Translations under genes and position numbers: made by a program
Part shown: positions 37,737 to 47,560 of the stretch, piece by piece
Position numbering within the stretch: the first letter of the stretch is position 1
How the letters are laid out: every line of letters starts with the position of its first letter
Assembly: GCA_040390065.1 (NCBI GenBank)
Contig: JAZJZE010000011.1
Span: 162,367-226,366 of the forward strand
Direction: 5' to 3'
DNA: 64,000 bases
Origin: a bacterium
GTDB lineage: Archaea > Thermoplasmatota > E2 > JACPAO01 > JAHFTW01
The notes under the pieces: generated by a model
Seen by the model: the letters and a program-made list of their open reading frames with translations, nothing else
Database searches by the model: none
Told to the model about the DNA's origin: nothing

Positions 37737-38930
37737 ATGGCAAAGCCCGACGGGTGGCTCAAGCGCAAGGTGCCGGGACTGCACCACTTCCTCACGCGCC
37801 GTGACAAGCCGTTCCCGTTCCTGCGCGAAGTGCTGTTCGGCATCCTCGCCATCGTCCTCCTCGTAGCTCTCCTGTACGGCCTCACTGGCCAGTCCATCGC
37901 AGGCGGCTACCCGGTGGTCGTCGTCACGTCGGGCAGCATGATGCATTGCACCAACCCCGTCGAGCGCCACGACCTCGGAAATCTTTGCGACCCAGAGACG
38001 TACGGCCGCGTCGGCACCATCGACCCGGGCGACCTCGTCTTCGTGCGGCACGTCTCGGACCCAAACGACGTGTCCACCAAGGCCGCGGGCGGCGCTTGGC
38101 ATTACGGCGGCTCTGGCGACGTGATCGTCTACCGGCCCAACGGCGACACGAGGCCGACACCAATCATTCACCGCGCGCTGTTCTGGCTCCAAGTGAATTC
38201 CGGCGGCTCCGTCATCGCGCGAGAATCCCCGACCGGCCAGCCCATCACGGACTTGCAGGCGGAACTGCTGGCCGGCTGCTCGAGCTCCAGCCTTCGTCAC
38301 GACGGCGGGCCCGACGCCTCGGGCTTCATCACCCGCGGCGACAACAACGGCGCCGCCGACCAATGCCCCACCGGCGGCCTCGGCACACAGCCCGTGCGGC
38401 TAACGTACATCCTCGGCAAGGCGCGCGGCGAACTGCCCTGGATCGGCCTCGTGAAACTCTGGGTCGACGACTTTACCACGGGGACGGCAAACTTCGCCAA
38501 CGCGGGCGGGGACTCCAAGACGATGCTGCTTGCCACCGTCGTCGTCCTGGTCGGAACACCCTGGGGATTGGACCTCTACGTCCGGCGCCAGGCCAAGATG
38601 CGCGAAACGGCACACGGTGCTGCCCAGGCCGGCCGCGACCCGAAACGCAAGGCAGGCGAAACCAAGGACCGCCGCGCCGCCATGGCCCTGAGTGCATTCC
38701 TGCCGGGAGGCGGGCAGGCCTACGTTGGAGCCAAGATGGACACCGGCCTCATGGTCGCCATCCAGCTGGCGGGTTGGCTTCTCGCATGGTTCATGCTGGG
38801 GACGCTGCGGGTGCCGCTATGGATTGGAGTGTTGCCCGTCGTCGGAGCCTCCCTCCTGTCGGCGGCAAACGCCAAGGCTCTCTGCGACGACTTCAACGCG
38901 CGGCCGGAAGGCACCGGCGGCAGCGGTTGA
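37737..38930 (+). CDS. Signal peptidase I (S26, Sec11-type) with C-terminal membrane extension
   Basis: VVTSGSM, GDVIVY, IIHR, TRGDNN, LPWIG. Confidence 0.88.
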   Translation: MAKPDGWLKRKVPGLHHFLTRRDKPFPFLREVLFGILAIVLLVALLYGLTGQSIAGGYPVVVVTSGSMMHCTNPVERHDLGNLCDPETYGRVGTIDPGDLVFVRHVSDPNDVSTKAAGGAWHYGGSGDVIVYRPNGDTRPTPIIHRALFWLQVNSGGSVIARESPTGQPITDLQAELLAGCSSSSLRHDGGPDASGFITRGDNNGAADQCPTGGLGTQPVRLTYILGKARGELPWIGLVKLWVDDFTTGTANFANAGGDSKTMLLATVVVLVGTPWGLDLYVRRQAKMRETAHGAAQAGRDPKRKAGETKDRRAAMALSAFLPGGGQAYVGAKMDTGLMVAIQLAGWLLAWFMLGTLRVPLWIGVLPVVGASLLSAANAKALCDDFNARPEGTGGSG

Positions 38931-38974
38931 CGCGGCCTTGCAGTAACGTGTAGCGCGCAGGTGGCCGGTGGCCA

Positions 38975-39058
38975 GGCGGCCTCGGAGAACAGGAGCGGAA
39001 CAGAGAACGGAAACCCATTCCCCTTCTCTCCATGGCATTCCTGTTCTCCCAGGCCGCC
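38975..39058 (+). repeat. Dispersed hairpin repeat, copy 3
   Basis: ggcggcctcggagaac...TTCCCCTTCTCTCCA...gttctcccaggccgcc. Confidence 0.8.
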
Positions 39059-39083
39059 CTCTGTCGTGGCGTGAAAGCGCGTC

Positions 39084-39257
39084 TCGGCCTCGCCTGCGGG
39101 CATCGGCCCGCCACGGCGACCGCTTCGCAAGGTCGCCTGGACGCGCCTGCGGGCATCGGCCCGTCTGGTCTCGGGCTTCGCGGGAATCTGCGGGTCGGCC
39201 TCGCCTGCCGGCATCGGCCCGTCTGGTCTAGAGCCTTCGGCTAACTAGACCAGACGG
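39084..39257. repeat. Short repeat cluster mirroring the cdc6 3' end
   Basis: cgcctgc(g/c)ggcatcggcccg at 39091, 39144, 39202; ccgtctggtctag (39219-39231) is the inverse of 39245-39257. Confidence 0.8.
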
Positions 39258-40540
39258 TGCTGCTTGCGCGGCTTGAAGTTGACGACACCGCGGATCAGTT
39301 CGTCCTCCTCGAGGACGCGCTTCGTGGAGTCGATTGGGCAGGACATCTGGATCTCACGGGTGCGGCCGTAGCGGCCTTTGCTGATGACGCGGGCCGTGAA
39401 GATGCCCAGCATGTCGAGTTCGCTGATGAGGTCCGTGATGCGCCGCTGCGTCAGGATGTCCGAGCCCGTGCTCTTGCACAGTTCCTTGTAGACGTCGAAG
39501 ACTTCGCCGGTCGTGAGGGTGTGGATGCCCTGGTCCTTGTTCAGTTCCTCGCCGAGGATGGTCGCGAGAAGGACGAGTTTGCTCTGCGTCGGCAGTGTGC
39601 GCACGACTTCGCTGATGCGGTCCAACTCGATCTTGTTCTGCGCCATGCGCACGTGCGAGTCGATGACTTTCTGCGTGCGGTCGCGTTCGGCAAGTTCGGC
39701 GGCAACGCGCAAGAGGTCGAGAGCGCGGCGGGCGTCGCCGTGTTCACGGGCGGCAAGTGCCGCGCAGAGGGGGATGACGCCCTCGCCGAGGACGCCTTCC
39801 TTCAGTGCCATGGTGGCGCGCTGTCCGAGGATGTCCTCGAGCTGCTTGGCGTCGTACGGCGCGAAGATGAGCGACTCTTCGCCAAGGCTCGACTTGACGC
39901 GTGGGTCGAGGAACTCGGTGAACTTGAGGTCGTTCGAGATGCCGATCACGGATACCTTGTTGTGTTGCAAGTCGCCGTTGATGCGGGTGAGGTTGTACAG
40001 GACCTCGTCGCCCTTCAGCTTGTCCACTTCGTCGAGGACGATGATCGTGACTTCGCCGCCGTTGCGGGTGGCGTCCCGGGTCCACTGTGACTCGTCGGTC
40101 TTGACCCAGCCGTCGACGTAGCGCCGCAGGGCCTCGTAGACTTCGTCCGTCGGCCATCCGGTGAAGGGGATGCGCTGGCTCCAGTTCTCGGCGGGGACGA
40201 ACTGGTTGGCAATCGTCTGCAGCACGCGGTACTGCGTGTCGACGATCTCACAGTTGATGTAGATGAGGTTGACGCGCTTGCCGAGCTCGACGCCCTTCAG
40301 GCTCAACTCCTTGCCGACGTACTTGACGCAGGCGGTCTTGCCCGTGCCCGTCTTGCCGTAGATGAAGACGTTGGACGGCGTATCGCCGCGCAGGGCGGGG
40401 ACGAGCAAGCTGCCCAGCGATCGGATCTCTGCGTCGCGGTGCGGCAGGTCGTCCGGAGTGTAGGAAGCCCGCATGACTTCCTTGTTCGTGAAAATCGGTT
40501 CGACTTGCAGCAACTGCCCGAAGAGATCATTGACGGCCAA
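39245..40540 (-). CDS. cdc6: Orc1/Cdc6 replication initiator
   Basis: LPHR, YGKTGTGKT, LDEVD, LDPRVKSSL, GDARRALDLL, SKGRYGRT; TTG start with GGAGGA upstream. Confidence 0.96.
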   Translation of the reverse strand: MAVNDLFGQLLQVEPIFTNKEVMRASYTPDDLPHRDAEIRSLGSLLVPALRGDTPSNVFIYGKTGTGKTACVKYVGKELSLKGVELGKRVNLIYINCEIVDTQYRVLQTIANQFVPAENWSQRIPFTGWPTDEVYEALRRYVDGWVKTDESQWTRDATRNGGEVTIIVLDEVDKLKGDEVLYNLTRINGDLQHNKVSVIGISNDLKFTEFLDPRVKSSLGEESLIFAPYDAKQLEDILGQRATMALKEGVLGEGVIPLCAALAAREHGDARRALDLLRVAAELAERDRTQKVIDSHVRMAQNKIELDRISEVVRTLPTQSKLVLLATILGEELNKDQGIHTLTTGEVFDVYKELCKSTGSDILTQRRITDLISELDMLGIFTARVISKGRYGRTREIQMSCPIDSTKRVLEEDELIRGVVNFKPRKQHRLV

Positions 40541-40589
40541 AGGTAATCCTCCCAACCACCGCGACGAAGCAGGCCTCGCAAGCCACCTC

Positions 40590-40900
40590 CCAGCGGCTCC
40601 ACGCGTCCTACACGTTCTGCTCCAAGCGGGGTTTTGCCGAAGCCGGGCATGGGAAATATAGCCTTCCCCCGCCCACCTGGCTTCTTCCGTAGACCCCATG
40701 GCTTCGCGTGGAACGCAGGGACGGTGTCGCGGCGAGCGCGGACGGTTCCGGTAAACGGTTTTCGGGTGGCGCGACCGCGATGTTTGCCTGAAGCGACGCG
40801 GTGGCTGCGCGTGGAGTAGGTGAAGCGTTGCGTCGCGTTCTCACGAGAATCATGTCATTCCTGGACCTTTGAGGGAAACCGGAGGGCTTCGCGTCGAGAC
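40590..40900. other. Possible replication origin / ORB-like motifs upstream of cdc6
   Basis: Degenerate TT(C/T)-N4-G(A/G)AAC-G-rich motifs at 40701-40720 and 40867-40886. Confidence 0.3.
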
Positions 40901-42871
40901 CTAGGCCGCAATCCCCTCGCGAACGCGCACCGCCATACCATGTTGGAAGTCCGCCATCTCCTCCGCGTTCAGCAGCACTTGGCCGACGGCGATGAGGTGG
41001 TCCGCTTCGTCGACGACGAGGCATTCGTCGCCCGGCCGCAGCACGGCGTCGCACGACTTGACGAATTGGCAGAAGACCGACTTGCCCGCGCGGTTGAACG
41101 GCACCGAGTCGGCGGCGACGACGAGGCGGTTTGCGGGGGCGGGCAGGGCGCGCTGCAGGATTTCCGCGCCGGCCAGCTTCAGCGTCCAGAAACCGTCGTG
41201 CGCGCGCAGGCTCAGGATGTGCTTGCCGTCCAGGTGCACGGTACGGATCTTCTCGGTACTGCGCGACTTCTCGATGCGCAAATCGCCCGCCGTCAACGCA
41301 GCGCCAGCCCCCGCGCCGAATTGCCAGTCCGCGGTACGGATGACGCGCAGCTTGTCGAAGTCCACGCCGCCGTCCGGTCCGGGCGGGCCGGGGATGGCCG
41401 GGACGAAGGCGTGCGCCTCGAGGAAAAGGTCCTTGGTCTCCCCGACCCAGCCCATGTGGCCGCGGTCGATGCCGTCGAGGCGCGGCAGCACCGATTGCGC
41501 AAACGGGTACGCCTCGTCGAGGCCAAGCGGCACCGGGCCGAGGGCGCAGAGGACGGCGTGGTCCATGGCGGCGTCGAGCTGGCCGAGTTTGTTGCCGTAC
41601 GGCTTGTTGTCCGGTTCCTTGTGCATGCCCAACTCGATGCGGTCCTCTCCCACCTTCGCCCAGTCCGAGTCGGTCTCGATGGCCGTCGGCGTGCCTTGCG
41701 GCACCAGGCGCGATTGCAGGCGTTCGCGGATGCGGCGGAAGATGGGGCGGCCATGCGTCAGCGAACCCGTGTACCGCAACGCCCGGGTCGCGGAGACTGG
41801 TTCCCGCTCTTCCAGCCATTTCTGGTACGTCGGGTCCGCGAGTTTCTTGGTCGCAGCCGCCAGCATCGGGTGGCAGGCGGCGCGTTGTTCCACGAGTTCC
41901 CAAAGCGACCCCTCCCGCAGCGCGACGCGGATGCGGCGAAGGTCGCTGAAGCTCACGTGCAGGTTGTGCTCGGCCAAGGCGCGTTCACGTTCTGCCGGGG
42001 GGAGGGCCTTGAGGCCCGCCGCGCCGTGCTTGGAGCAGGGGGGACAGACGCACGGCAGTTCGGCCATCTCCTCGAGCCGGGCCGTGCCCCATTCGAACAT
42101 CATGCGGCCGTCCTTGGCGTACTTGGCGTAGGAGCTGGAGTCGAAGAGGTCGCAGCCGAGGGCGACGGCCAGCGGGAAGACGAGCGGGTGCCCGGCGCCG
42201 AAGAGATGCACGGGGCGGTCCTTGCGCAACCCCGCTTGGCTCCACAGGATCATCTCGACCAGGTCGGGGTAGCGCTGCTGCTCCATGACCGGGACGACTC
42301 CGCCGATGGTGTGGTAATCGACGTCGAGGGTGCGGTACGCCTCGGCGCAGGCCTTGCGCAGGTCGAGGTGGATGCCGCCTTGCACCGTGGCGTTCAGCAG
42401 CGACGTCCCCTTGTGCGGCACGCTGGCGGCGGTCCGTTCGATGGTGGTGCGCACCGCCGCCTCGGCTTCCGTGCGCGACATGTCCGGCGTCACGAAGAGG
42501 TCGAGGCACGTCGCGACGTCGACGCCGATGTCGCGCTGGAACTTCACGATGTCCTCGGCGCCGACCTCGACGTCACCGTACACGTACATCTGGAACGTGC
42601 CGGAATCCGTCATGAGGGCGCCGTCCCAGTCGATGACCTTGTGGGCCCCGCCGGCGAGGGCGGCATCGCGCAGCGCCTGGTGCTTGTGGATGACGTACGA
42701 ATTCGTGATGACAATCTCGGCGCCGAAGAGGGTGCGCATGTCGCGCGGCGCGATGAGCCGGATGTTCGGGTTCACGACCGGCATCAGCGCCGGTGTGGCC
42801 ACCTTGCCGTGCGCCGTCGTGAAACGGCCGAGCCGGCCCGCGGCGGCCCGGTCCAAGATCTCAAACGACAC
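40901..42871 (-). CDS. tgtA: Archaeosine tRNA-guanine(15) transglycosylase with PUA domain
   Basis: TPALMPV, ITNSY, MTDSGTFQ, HLFGAGHP, CDLFDS, CxCxxC, C-terminal PUA. Confidence 0.95.
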   Translation of the reverse strand: MSFEILDRAAAGRLGRFTTAHGKVATPALMPVVNPNIRLIAPRDMRTLFGAEIVITNSYVIHKHQALRDAALAGGAHKVIDWDGALMTDSGTFQMYVYGDVEVGAEDIVKFQRDIGVDVATCLDLFVTPDMSRTEAEAAVRTTIERTAASVPHKGTSLLNATVQGGIHLDLRKACAEAYRTLDVDYHTIGGVVPVMEQQRYPDLVEMILWSQAGLRKDRPVHLFGAGHPLVFPLAVALGCDLFDSSSYAKYAKDGRMMFEWGTARLEEMAELPCVCPPCSKHGAAGLKALPPAERERALAEHNLHVSFSDLRRIRVALREGSLWELVEQRAACHPMLAAATKKLADPTYQKWLEEREPVSATRALRYTGSLTHGRPIFRRIRERLQSRLVPQGTPTAIETDSDWAKVGEDRIELGMHKEPDNKPYGNKLGQLDAAMDHAVLCALGPVPLGLDEAYPFAQSVLPRLDGIDRGHMGWVGETKDLFLEAHAFVPAIPGPPGPDGGVDFDKLRVIRTADWQFGAGAGAALTAGDLRIEKSRSTEKIRTVHLDGKHILSLRAHDGFWTLKLAGAEILQRALPAPANRLVVAADSVPFNRAGKSVFCQFVKSCDAVLRPGDECLVVDEADHLIAVGQVLLNAEEMADFQHGMAVRVREGIAA

Positions 42872-43093
42872 GCTCGTCGCGACGAAGGCATGCCGTTTGA
42901 GCCAACCGGTGGCCGGCGCCCTCAGGGCTGGCTGCTCGAGGTTGGGGATTACTCGGCCCCCATCCGTCCTGCCGCGACCGAAACGCCTTCTGCTGCGCGG
43001 GGCCGCCGTGGCTTGGATACATCGGGACCGCGGCCAAAACCCAATAACGGCGCGGCGATGCCGAGTCGGTCCGACGCCGGACCTGTGACCCGC

Positions 43094-43501
43094 ATGAACC
43101 GCAAACTCTTGGCCATCGCATCGCTCGCCTTCCTGGGCGCCTTCTTCATCCCCTCCGCCGAGGCGTCGACGAACCCGCCCGGCCTGACGTGCTACAACTA
43201 CCAGTGGGACTCCGACCACGATGGCAACTACGAGAACTGGCACAGCTGCGGTACGCCGCCGTGCGGCTGCAACTGCCCGGTCGTCGGCTTGGTGCTCGAG
43301 ATCACGGCCGACGGCCAGGACCGCGATGTCGCCGTGTGGGCGTCTTGCCAGAGCGGCTACGGCACGGGCTCCGAGCCATCCAACAACCCCGAATCGGTCG
43401 GCGTGCTCGTGACCCCCGTGTTCTACCCGGCGGGATTGGGCCCGACCGTCGACAGGGTCAACCAGATCCTGAACAGCCTGTACACGTGCCTCCCCTGCTA
43501 G
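43094..43501 (+). CDS. Small secreted Cys-rich protein
   Basis: Signal peptide ending AEA; 8 Cys; typical codon usage. Confidence 0.7.
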   Translation: MNRKLLAIASLAFLGAFFIPSAEASTNPPGLTCYNYQWDSDHDGNYENWHSCGTPPCGCNCPVVGLVLEITADGQDRDVAVWASCQSGYGTGSEPSNNPESVGVLVTPVFYPAGLGPTVDRVNQILNSLYTCLPC

Positions 43502-43578
43502 GTCGTAGAATGCGCCTTCCCCTCTCTTCCCTCAACCATACCATTTTCTAAGCGCGGCCAGTGAAGCGCAACAGGGCC

Positions 43579-44673
43579 ATGGGACCCAAGCTTGCGATGC
43601 ACTTGCCGCCGCCCCCGACGCCCTCTTCGGCCGGCGTGCAGCGTTCGTGGACCAAGGGGCAGCTGGAGGAAGAGGCAAGCCGTCTTGCCAGCCGGATCAA
43701 CCAGCCGCTGCGCTGGGGCCTGGAGATGTGTCGCATGATTGCGCCCATCACGCTCGAGATCAATGCCTTGAAGCGTGAGCGCAATGCCATCATCCTGGCG
43801 CACTCCTACCAGACGCCCGACATCGTCTACGGCGTCGCAGACGAGGTCGGTGACTCGTACGGCCTGTCCAAGAAGGCGATGCAGGCGCCACAGGGCACCA
43901 TCGTGTTCTCGTCGGTGCGCTTCATGGCGGAGACGGCCAAGATTCTCAACCCAGGCAAGACGGTTCTCATCCCCGAACCCACGGCGGGCTGTTCGCTGGC
44001 CGACGGCGTCACGGTCGCCGACGTCAAGCGGCTGCGGGCCGCGCATCCGGGCGTGCCCGTCATGTGCTACGTCAACACGAGTGCGGCCGTCAAGGCCGCT
44101 TGCGATGTCACCTGTACGAGCGCCAACTACTTGCCTATCGCAAGGAAACTGCCGGGCAACGAGCTCATCTTCCTGCCCGACCGCTTCATGGGGGCGCACC
44201 TGCAGAAGGAACTCGCCGGCCAGAAGACCGTGTACGTCCACGACGGCGAATGCGAAGTGCACGTCCAGTTCGACGCCGCCTCCGCCCGGGCCTGGCGCAA
44301 GCAGGCCGCCGACGAGGGCCGCCGCCTCGTCATCCTGGCGCATCCCGAGTGCGACCCGAAAGTCCTCGTCGAAGCCGACTTCGTGGGCTCGACGGAGAAG
44401 ATGATGGACTACGCCCGCAAACTCGAGGCCGAGGGCAAAGTCGACGTCATGCCCATCACGGAATGCGGGACCGCGGATCGCCTGCGCGCCGAACTGCCCC
44501 GCATGAACATCTACGGCTCATGCGTGCAGTGTCCGCACATGAAGAAGACAAGCTTGGCATCCATCCTGCAGGTGCTGCAGGCGCCGCGGCCGGACCAAGT
44601 CGTGCAGATCGCGGCGCCCGACCTGGCGGGGGCCCGTGCATCGCTGGACAAGATGTTCGAGCTCGGCGGATAG
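43579..44673 (+). CDS. nadA: Quinolinate synthase
   Basis: ILAHSYQ, GDS, FMAETAK, AGCSLA, YVNTSA, CTSAN, HPEC, CPHMK; start uncertain. Confidence 0.95.
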   Translation: MGPKLAMHLPPPPTPSSAGVQRSWTKGQLEEEASRLASRINQPLRWGLEMCRMIAPITLEINALKRERNAIILAHSYQTPDIVYGVADEVGDSYGLSKKAMQAPQGTIVFSSVRFMAETAKILNPGKTVLIPEPTAGCSLADGVTVADVKRLRAAHPGVPVMCYVNTSAAVKAACDVTCTSANYLPIARKLPGNELIFLPDRFMGAHLQKELAGQKTVYVHDGECEVHVQFDAASARAWRKQAADEGRRLVILAHPECDPKVLVEADFVGSTEKMMDYARKLEAEGKVDVMPITECGTADRLRAELPRMNIYGSCVQCPHMKKTSLASILQVLQAPRPDQVVQIAAPDLAGARASLDKMFELGG

Positions 44674-44682
44674 GAGCCGGCG

Positions 44683-45681
44683 CTACCGGGTGCGGCGGTT
44701 GGCCGCGAGGGCCGCGCCGACCAGGCTGAGGATGTAGAGCGGCAGCATGGGCACCGGCGACGTCTTGCCCGGATCGGTTGTGCCGCTTGCGTCGGTGCAG
44801 GTCGCTCCAGGGTCGGCGTTCGTGAACGTCCACTCGTTGTCCTTGCGGCCGCGCATCTCGCCGGCGCCGTACTCCGTGTTCAGGAGCCAGTGGCTCACCG
44901 TCTGGAAAGACGCCTTGCCTTCCGTCCAGCCGCTTGGCGCCTTGTACGTGATGTTGAAGACCATGCGGTCGACGCCGCCCTTGGCCGGCGGGTCGTAGAC
45001 CTCCGGTGTTAGGCCGGACAGGCTGCCCGGCGTCTCCGTCTTCTTCTCGAACATGATCATGCCGCGAGCGTTGGCGCGGTTTTCGAACGTCGCCGTGAAG
45101 TGGGCCTCGCAGTTGTGGACGGCAAGGGGGAACGCAACACTCGTCGTGACGGTGTAATCCGGGTGGAACTGGACCTGCATGTATCCCGGCTGCGGCAGCG
45201 TCGCGGGGTCGGAGGTGTGCTTGGTTCCGCCAGGATTCGCGGTGCTGGCCGCGGTGAAGTTGAGGTACTGCTTGCGGATGCCGGGCGCGCTTGCGGCCAG
45301 ATGTATCGGGAAGTCGCGGTTCATCCCCACGGTGCCGAGGAGATTGGGGTCGGTGGCGGGCGTGCAGGGCTGGTACGAGGCCGTGGGAGTGAAGTCGAAG
45401 ACGACGGACGAGGCCGTGAGCCACGTCGGCGGGTTGAGGAGGCTGGCCGTGAACTTCGGGTTGTCTGCGTGCTGGGCGAGGACCCGGCAACTCAAGCTGA
45501 GGTTCAGGGTCACGGCGAACGTGCTGTTGTACGCGATGAGCTTGTAGTTGTCCTCGGTGATGGTCGGCGCCGGGGCGCCCACGGTCAGGTGGATCTTGTC
45601 GTCCAACGGGTCGGCGCGTGCCGCAGGGATGGCGGGCAGGGCAAGCATGGCCACGGCTGCGACGAGAAGCCAGGTCTTCAC
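44683..45681 (-). CDS. Secreted surface protein with C-terminal sorting-like anchor
   Basis: Signal peptide; ends KTSPVP-TM-RRTR. Confidence 0.75.
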   Translation of the reverse strand: MKTWLLVAAVAMLALPAIPAARADPLDDKIHLTVGAPAPTITEDNYKLIAYNSTFAVTLNLSLSCRVLAQHADNPKFTASLLNPPTWLTASSVVFDFTPTASYQPCTPATDPNLLGTVGMNRDFPIHLAASAPGIRKQYLNFTAASTANPGGTKHTSDPATLPQPGYMQVQFHPDYTVTTSVAFPLAVHNCEAHFTATFENRANARGMIMFEKKTETPGSLSGLTPEVYDPPAKGGVDRMVFNITYKAPSGWTEGKASFQTVSHWLLNTEYGAGEMRGRKDNEWTFTNADPGATCTDASGTTDPGKTSPVPMLPLYILSLVGAALAANRRTR

Positions 45682-45763
45682 AGTGAACGACCGGGCTGCC
45701 GCATATTTGGAACTTATGGCGCCTTGCCGGAACCCTGCAATTCCGGTATGGGCAAGACAGGGG

Positions 45764-46531
45764 CTAGGCGCCAATCTCGATTGGGGATAGAATCCGCCGC
45801 AAGAGGGCAATGGCGGACAGCGAAGCAAGGTAGCTCGTCGCCGGGTTCGTGGGGCTTGGCAAATTTTCGACTTCAATCCTCGCGCGCCCGAAGCTTCCCT
45901 CGATGATGACCTTGTGCGAGTTGCGCGTCGCGAGAGGGTCCACGGCCACCTGCACGTGCGTCTGGTCGAAGCCGAGACCCGCGAGACTCAGCGTCGCCGC
46001 CACATTGACGTTCTTGGGGAAACGCTGGACGGCTTCGCGCGCCGGGCCGGAGAACAGGAGCGTCCAGCGGTCGAGTTTGCGGTCGAGCCCCGCTGGCGGT
46101 TTCGTCGTCACCAAAGTAACCGATTTGAGGTCGGCCGCGGCCGCAGCCTTGACGCCGTCGACGCCCATCACGGCGCCGCTCGGGATGTAGATCTTGCCGC
46201 CGTGCTTGCGGGCAAGGCCAATGAGTTCGTCACGAAGAGCATCGTCGGCGAGCGCGCCGATGGTCATGAGCATCGCCTTCTTCCCGGCGGCAAGCGCATC
46301 GCGCACCGTCGTCTGCACGACGCCTTTGTTCGCGCACTCGACGACGAGGTCCGCATGGCGCACAAGGTCTGCTGCACTTGCCGCCACCTTGACGCGCGGC
46401 AGATTCGTAAGCGGCGTCGTGGCGTCGGGGTCGATGTCGAAGAGCCACAACTCCGAGACCTCGGGCATGGCGCTTGCCGCCCGCGCGACCTCGGAACCGA
46501 TGGCGCCGCAACCGACGATGCCGATCTTCAT
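45764..46531 (-). CDS. nadX: L-aspartate dehydrogenase
   Basis: GCGAIG, VVECA, PSGA, TKPP, FPKNVNVAA, NPATS. Confidence 0.93.
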   Translation of the reverse strand: MKIGIVGCGAIGSEVARAASAMPEVSELWLFDIDPDATTPLTNLPRVKVAASAADLVRHADLVVECANKGVVQTTVRDALAAGKKAMLMTIGALADDALRDELIGLARKHGGKIYIPSGAVMGVDGVKAAAAADLKSVTLVTTKPPAGLDRKLDRWTLLFSGPAREAVQRFPKNVNVAATLSLAGLGFDQTHVQVAVDPLATRNSHKVIIEGSFGRARIEVENLPSPTNPATSYLASLSAIALLRRILSPIEIGA

Positions 46532-46574
46532 GGCCGCGGCGAGCCCGGGCCTGCTTCAAAGGGTTGTGGCGACG

Positions 46575-47519
46575 CTACGACTTGCCTTTCGGCCCGTTCG
46601 ACTTGGACTTACGAAGCCGACGGCGCACCACGACGACGGCGACGGCGATGAGCAGAATGATGCCAAGCGGCACGAGCGGCGCCCAGCCTGACCAGCTGAA
46701 GCCGCGCACGCGGGACAACAGGTTGACGGTCATGCGGTTTCCCGTTTGGCCGGGGTCAAGCGTCGATTGCGGCTGCAACTGGATGGCCTGCGATGCCTCG
46801 CGGTTGTTCCAGAACGGCTGTTCCGGCATATGGACGACGATGTCGAGCGCGCGGGTCGCGTTGGCTTCGCCTCTTGCCCCCAGCCGTACGATTGGCAACG
46901 GGTCGACGGCCCAATGCGCATCTGCGCTTGGCAGGGTGAAGACCACGTCGCTTGGCGCGTTGCCGAGGTTCTGCAGGACCAATGCATACCGAATCTCCCC
47001 CCCGGGCTTGGCCTCGCCGATCGTCACTGGAGCATTGAAGCCGACGAGGCCTCTGTACGCCACATGAACCACGGCCGTGGCGTTGGCGGTTTGTGGTGGC
47101 GGCGCGGCTGGCGAGGGCGGGGCGTTCGAATCGACGAGGGCGTCGAGGCGCAGTGCAAGCGGGGCCTCGCCGGCCGCGTCCACGGTGGCTTGCACATTGA
47201 ACACGGCAGCAAGGGTGAGCTCCATGGTCGGCGTCTGGCATTTGGAGGCATCAAACGCGAGGCTGCGCGGCGCGAGCACGATGATGATTCCTGGCGCGGA
47301 TTCGATGCGCGGATGGATGGTCAAGGAAGGCGCCAGGCCCCCGGCGCCCATCTGCATCGCCGTCTGGCAGTCGAGGGTGAAGTGCGCCGTCAGGTTGCCG
47401 GGCGCGCCGTCAGGCTGCAACGGCTGCGCAAGCGGCTCCAGTGTCATCGTGAACGTGGCGTCGCTTCCTTGCGCAACGGCCATGAAGACCAACACCACGC
47501 CGAGAGCCGCCCACCGCAT
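46575..47519 (-). CDS. Surface protein with Ig-like domains and C-terminal TM
   Basis: Signal peptide, FTLDCQTA motif, QNLGN, TM plus basic tail. Confidence 0.75.
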   Translation of the reverse strand: MRWAALGVVLVFMAVAQGSDATFTMTLEPLAQPLQPDGAPGNLTAHFTLDCQTAMQMGAGGLAPSLTIHPRIESAPGIIIVLAPRSLAFDASKCQTPTMELTLAAVFNVQATVDAAGEAPLALRLDALVDSNAPPSPAAPPPQTANATAVVHVAYRGLVGFNAPVTIGEAKPGGEIRYALVLQNLGNAPSDVVFTLPSADAHWAVDPLPIVRLGARGEANATRALDIVVHMPEQPFWNNREASQAIQLQPQSTLDPGQTGNRMTVNLLSRVRGFSWSGWAPLVPLGIILLIAVAVVVVRRRLRKSKSNGPKGKS

Positions 47520-47560
47520 GATTGTCGATGTCGGCATCGTCCGATAAGCCGTTTGGTGGA

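Noticed and set aside
4193-39248. CTAG at stop codons bordering repeat regions (4193, 16103, 33431, 39245) as a shared insertion target
   Set aside because: CTAG also occurs at stop codons without repeats (e.g. 12586, 20978, 30859, 43498), so the association is unsupported
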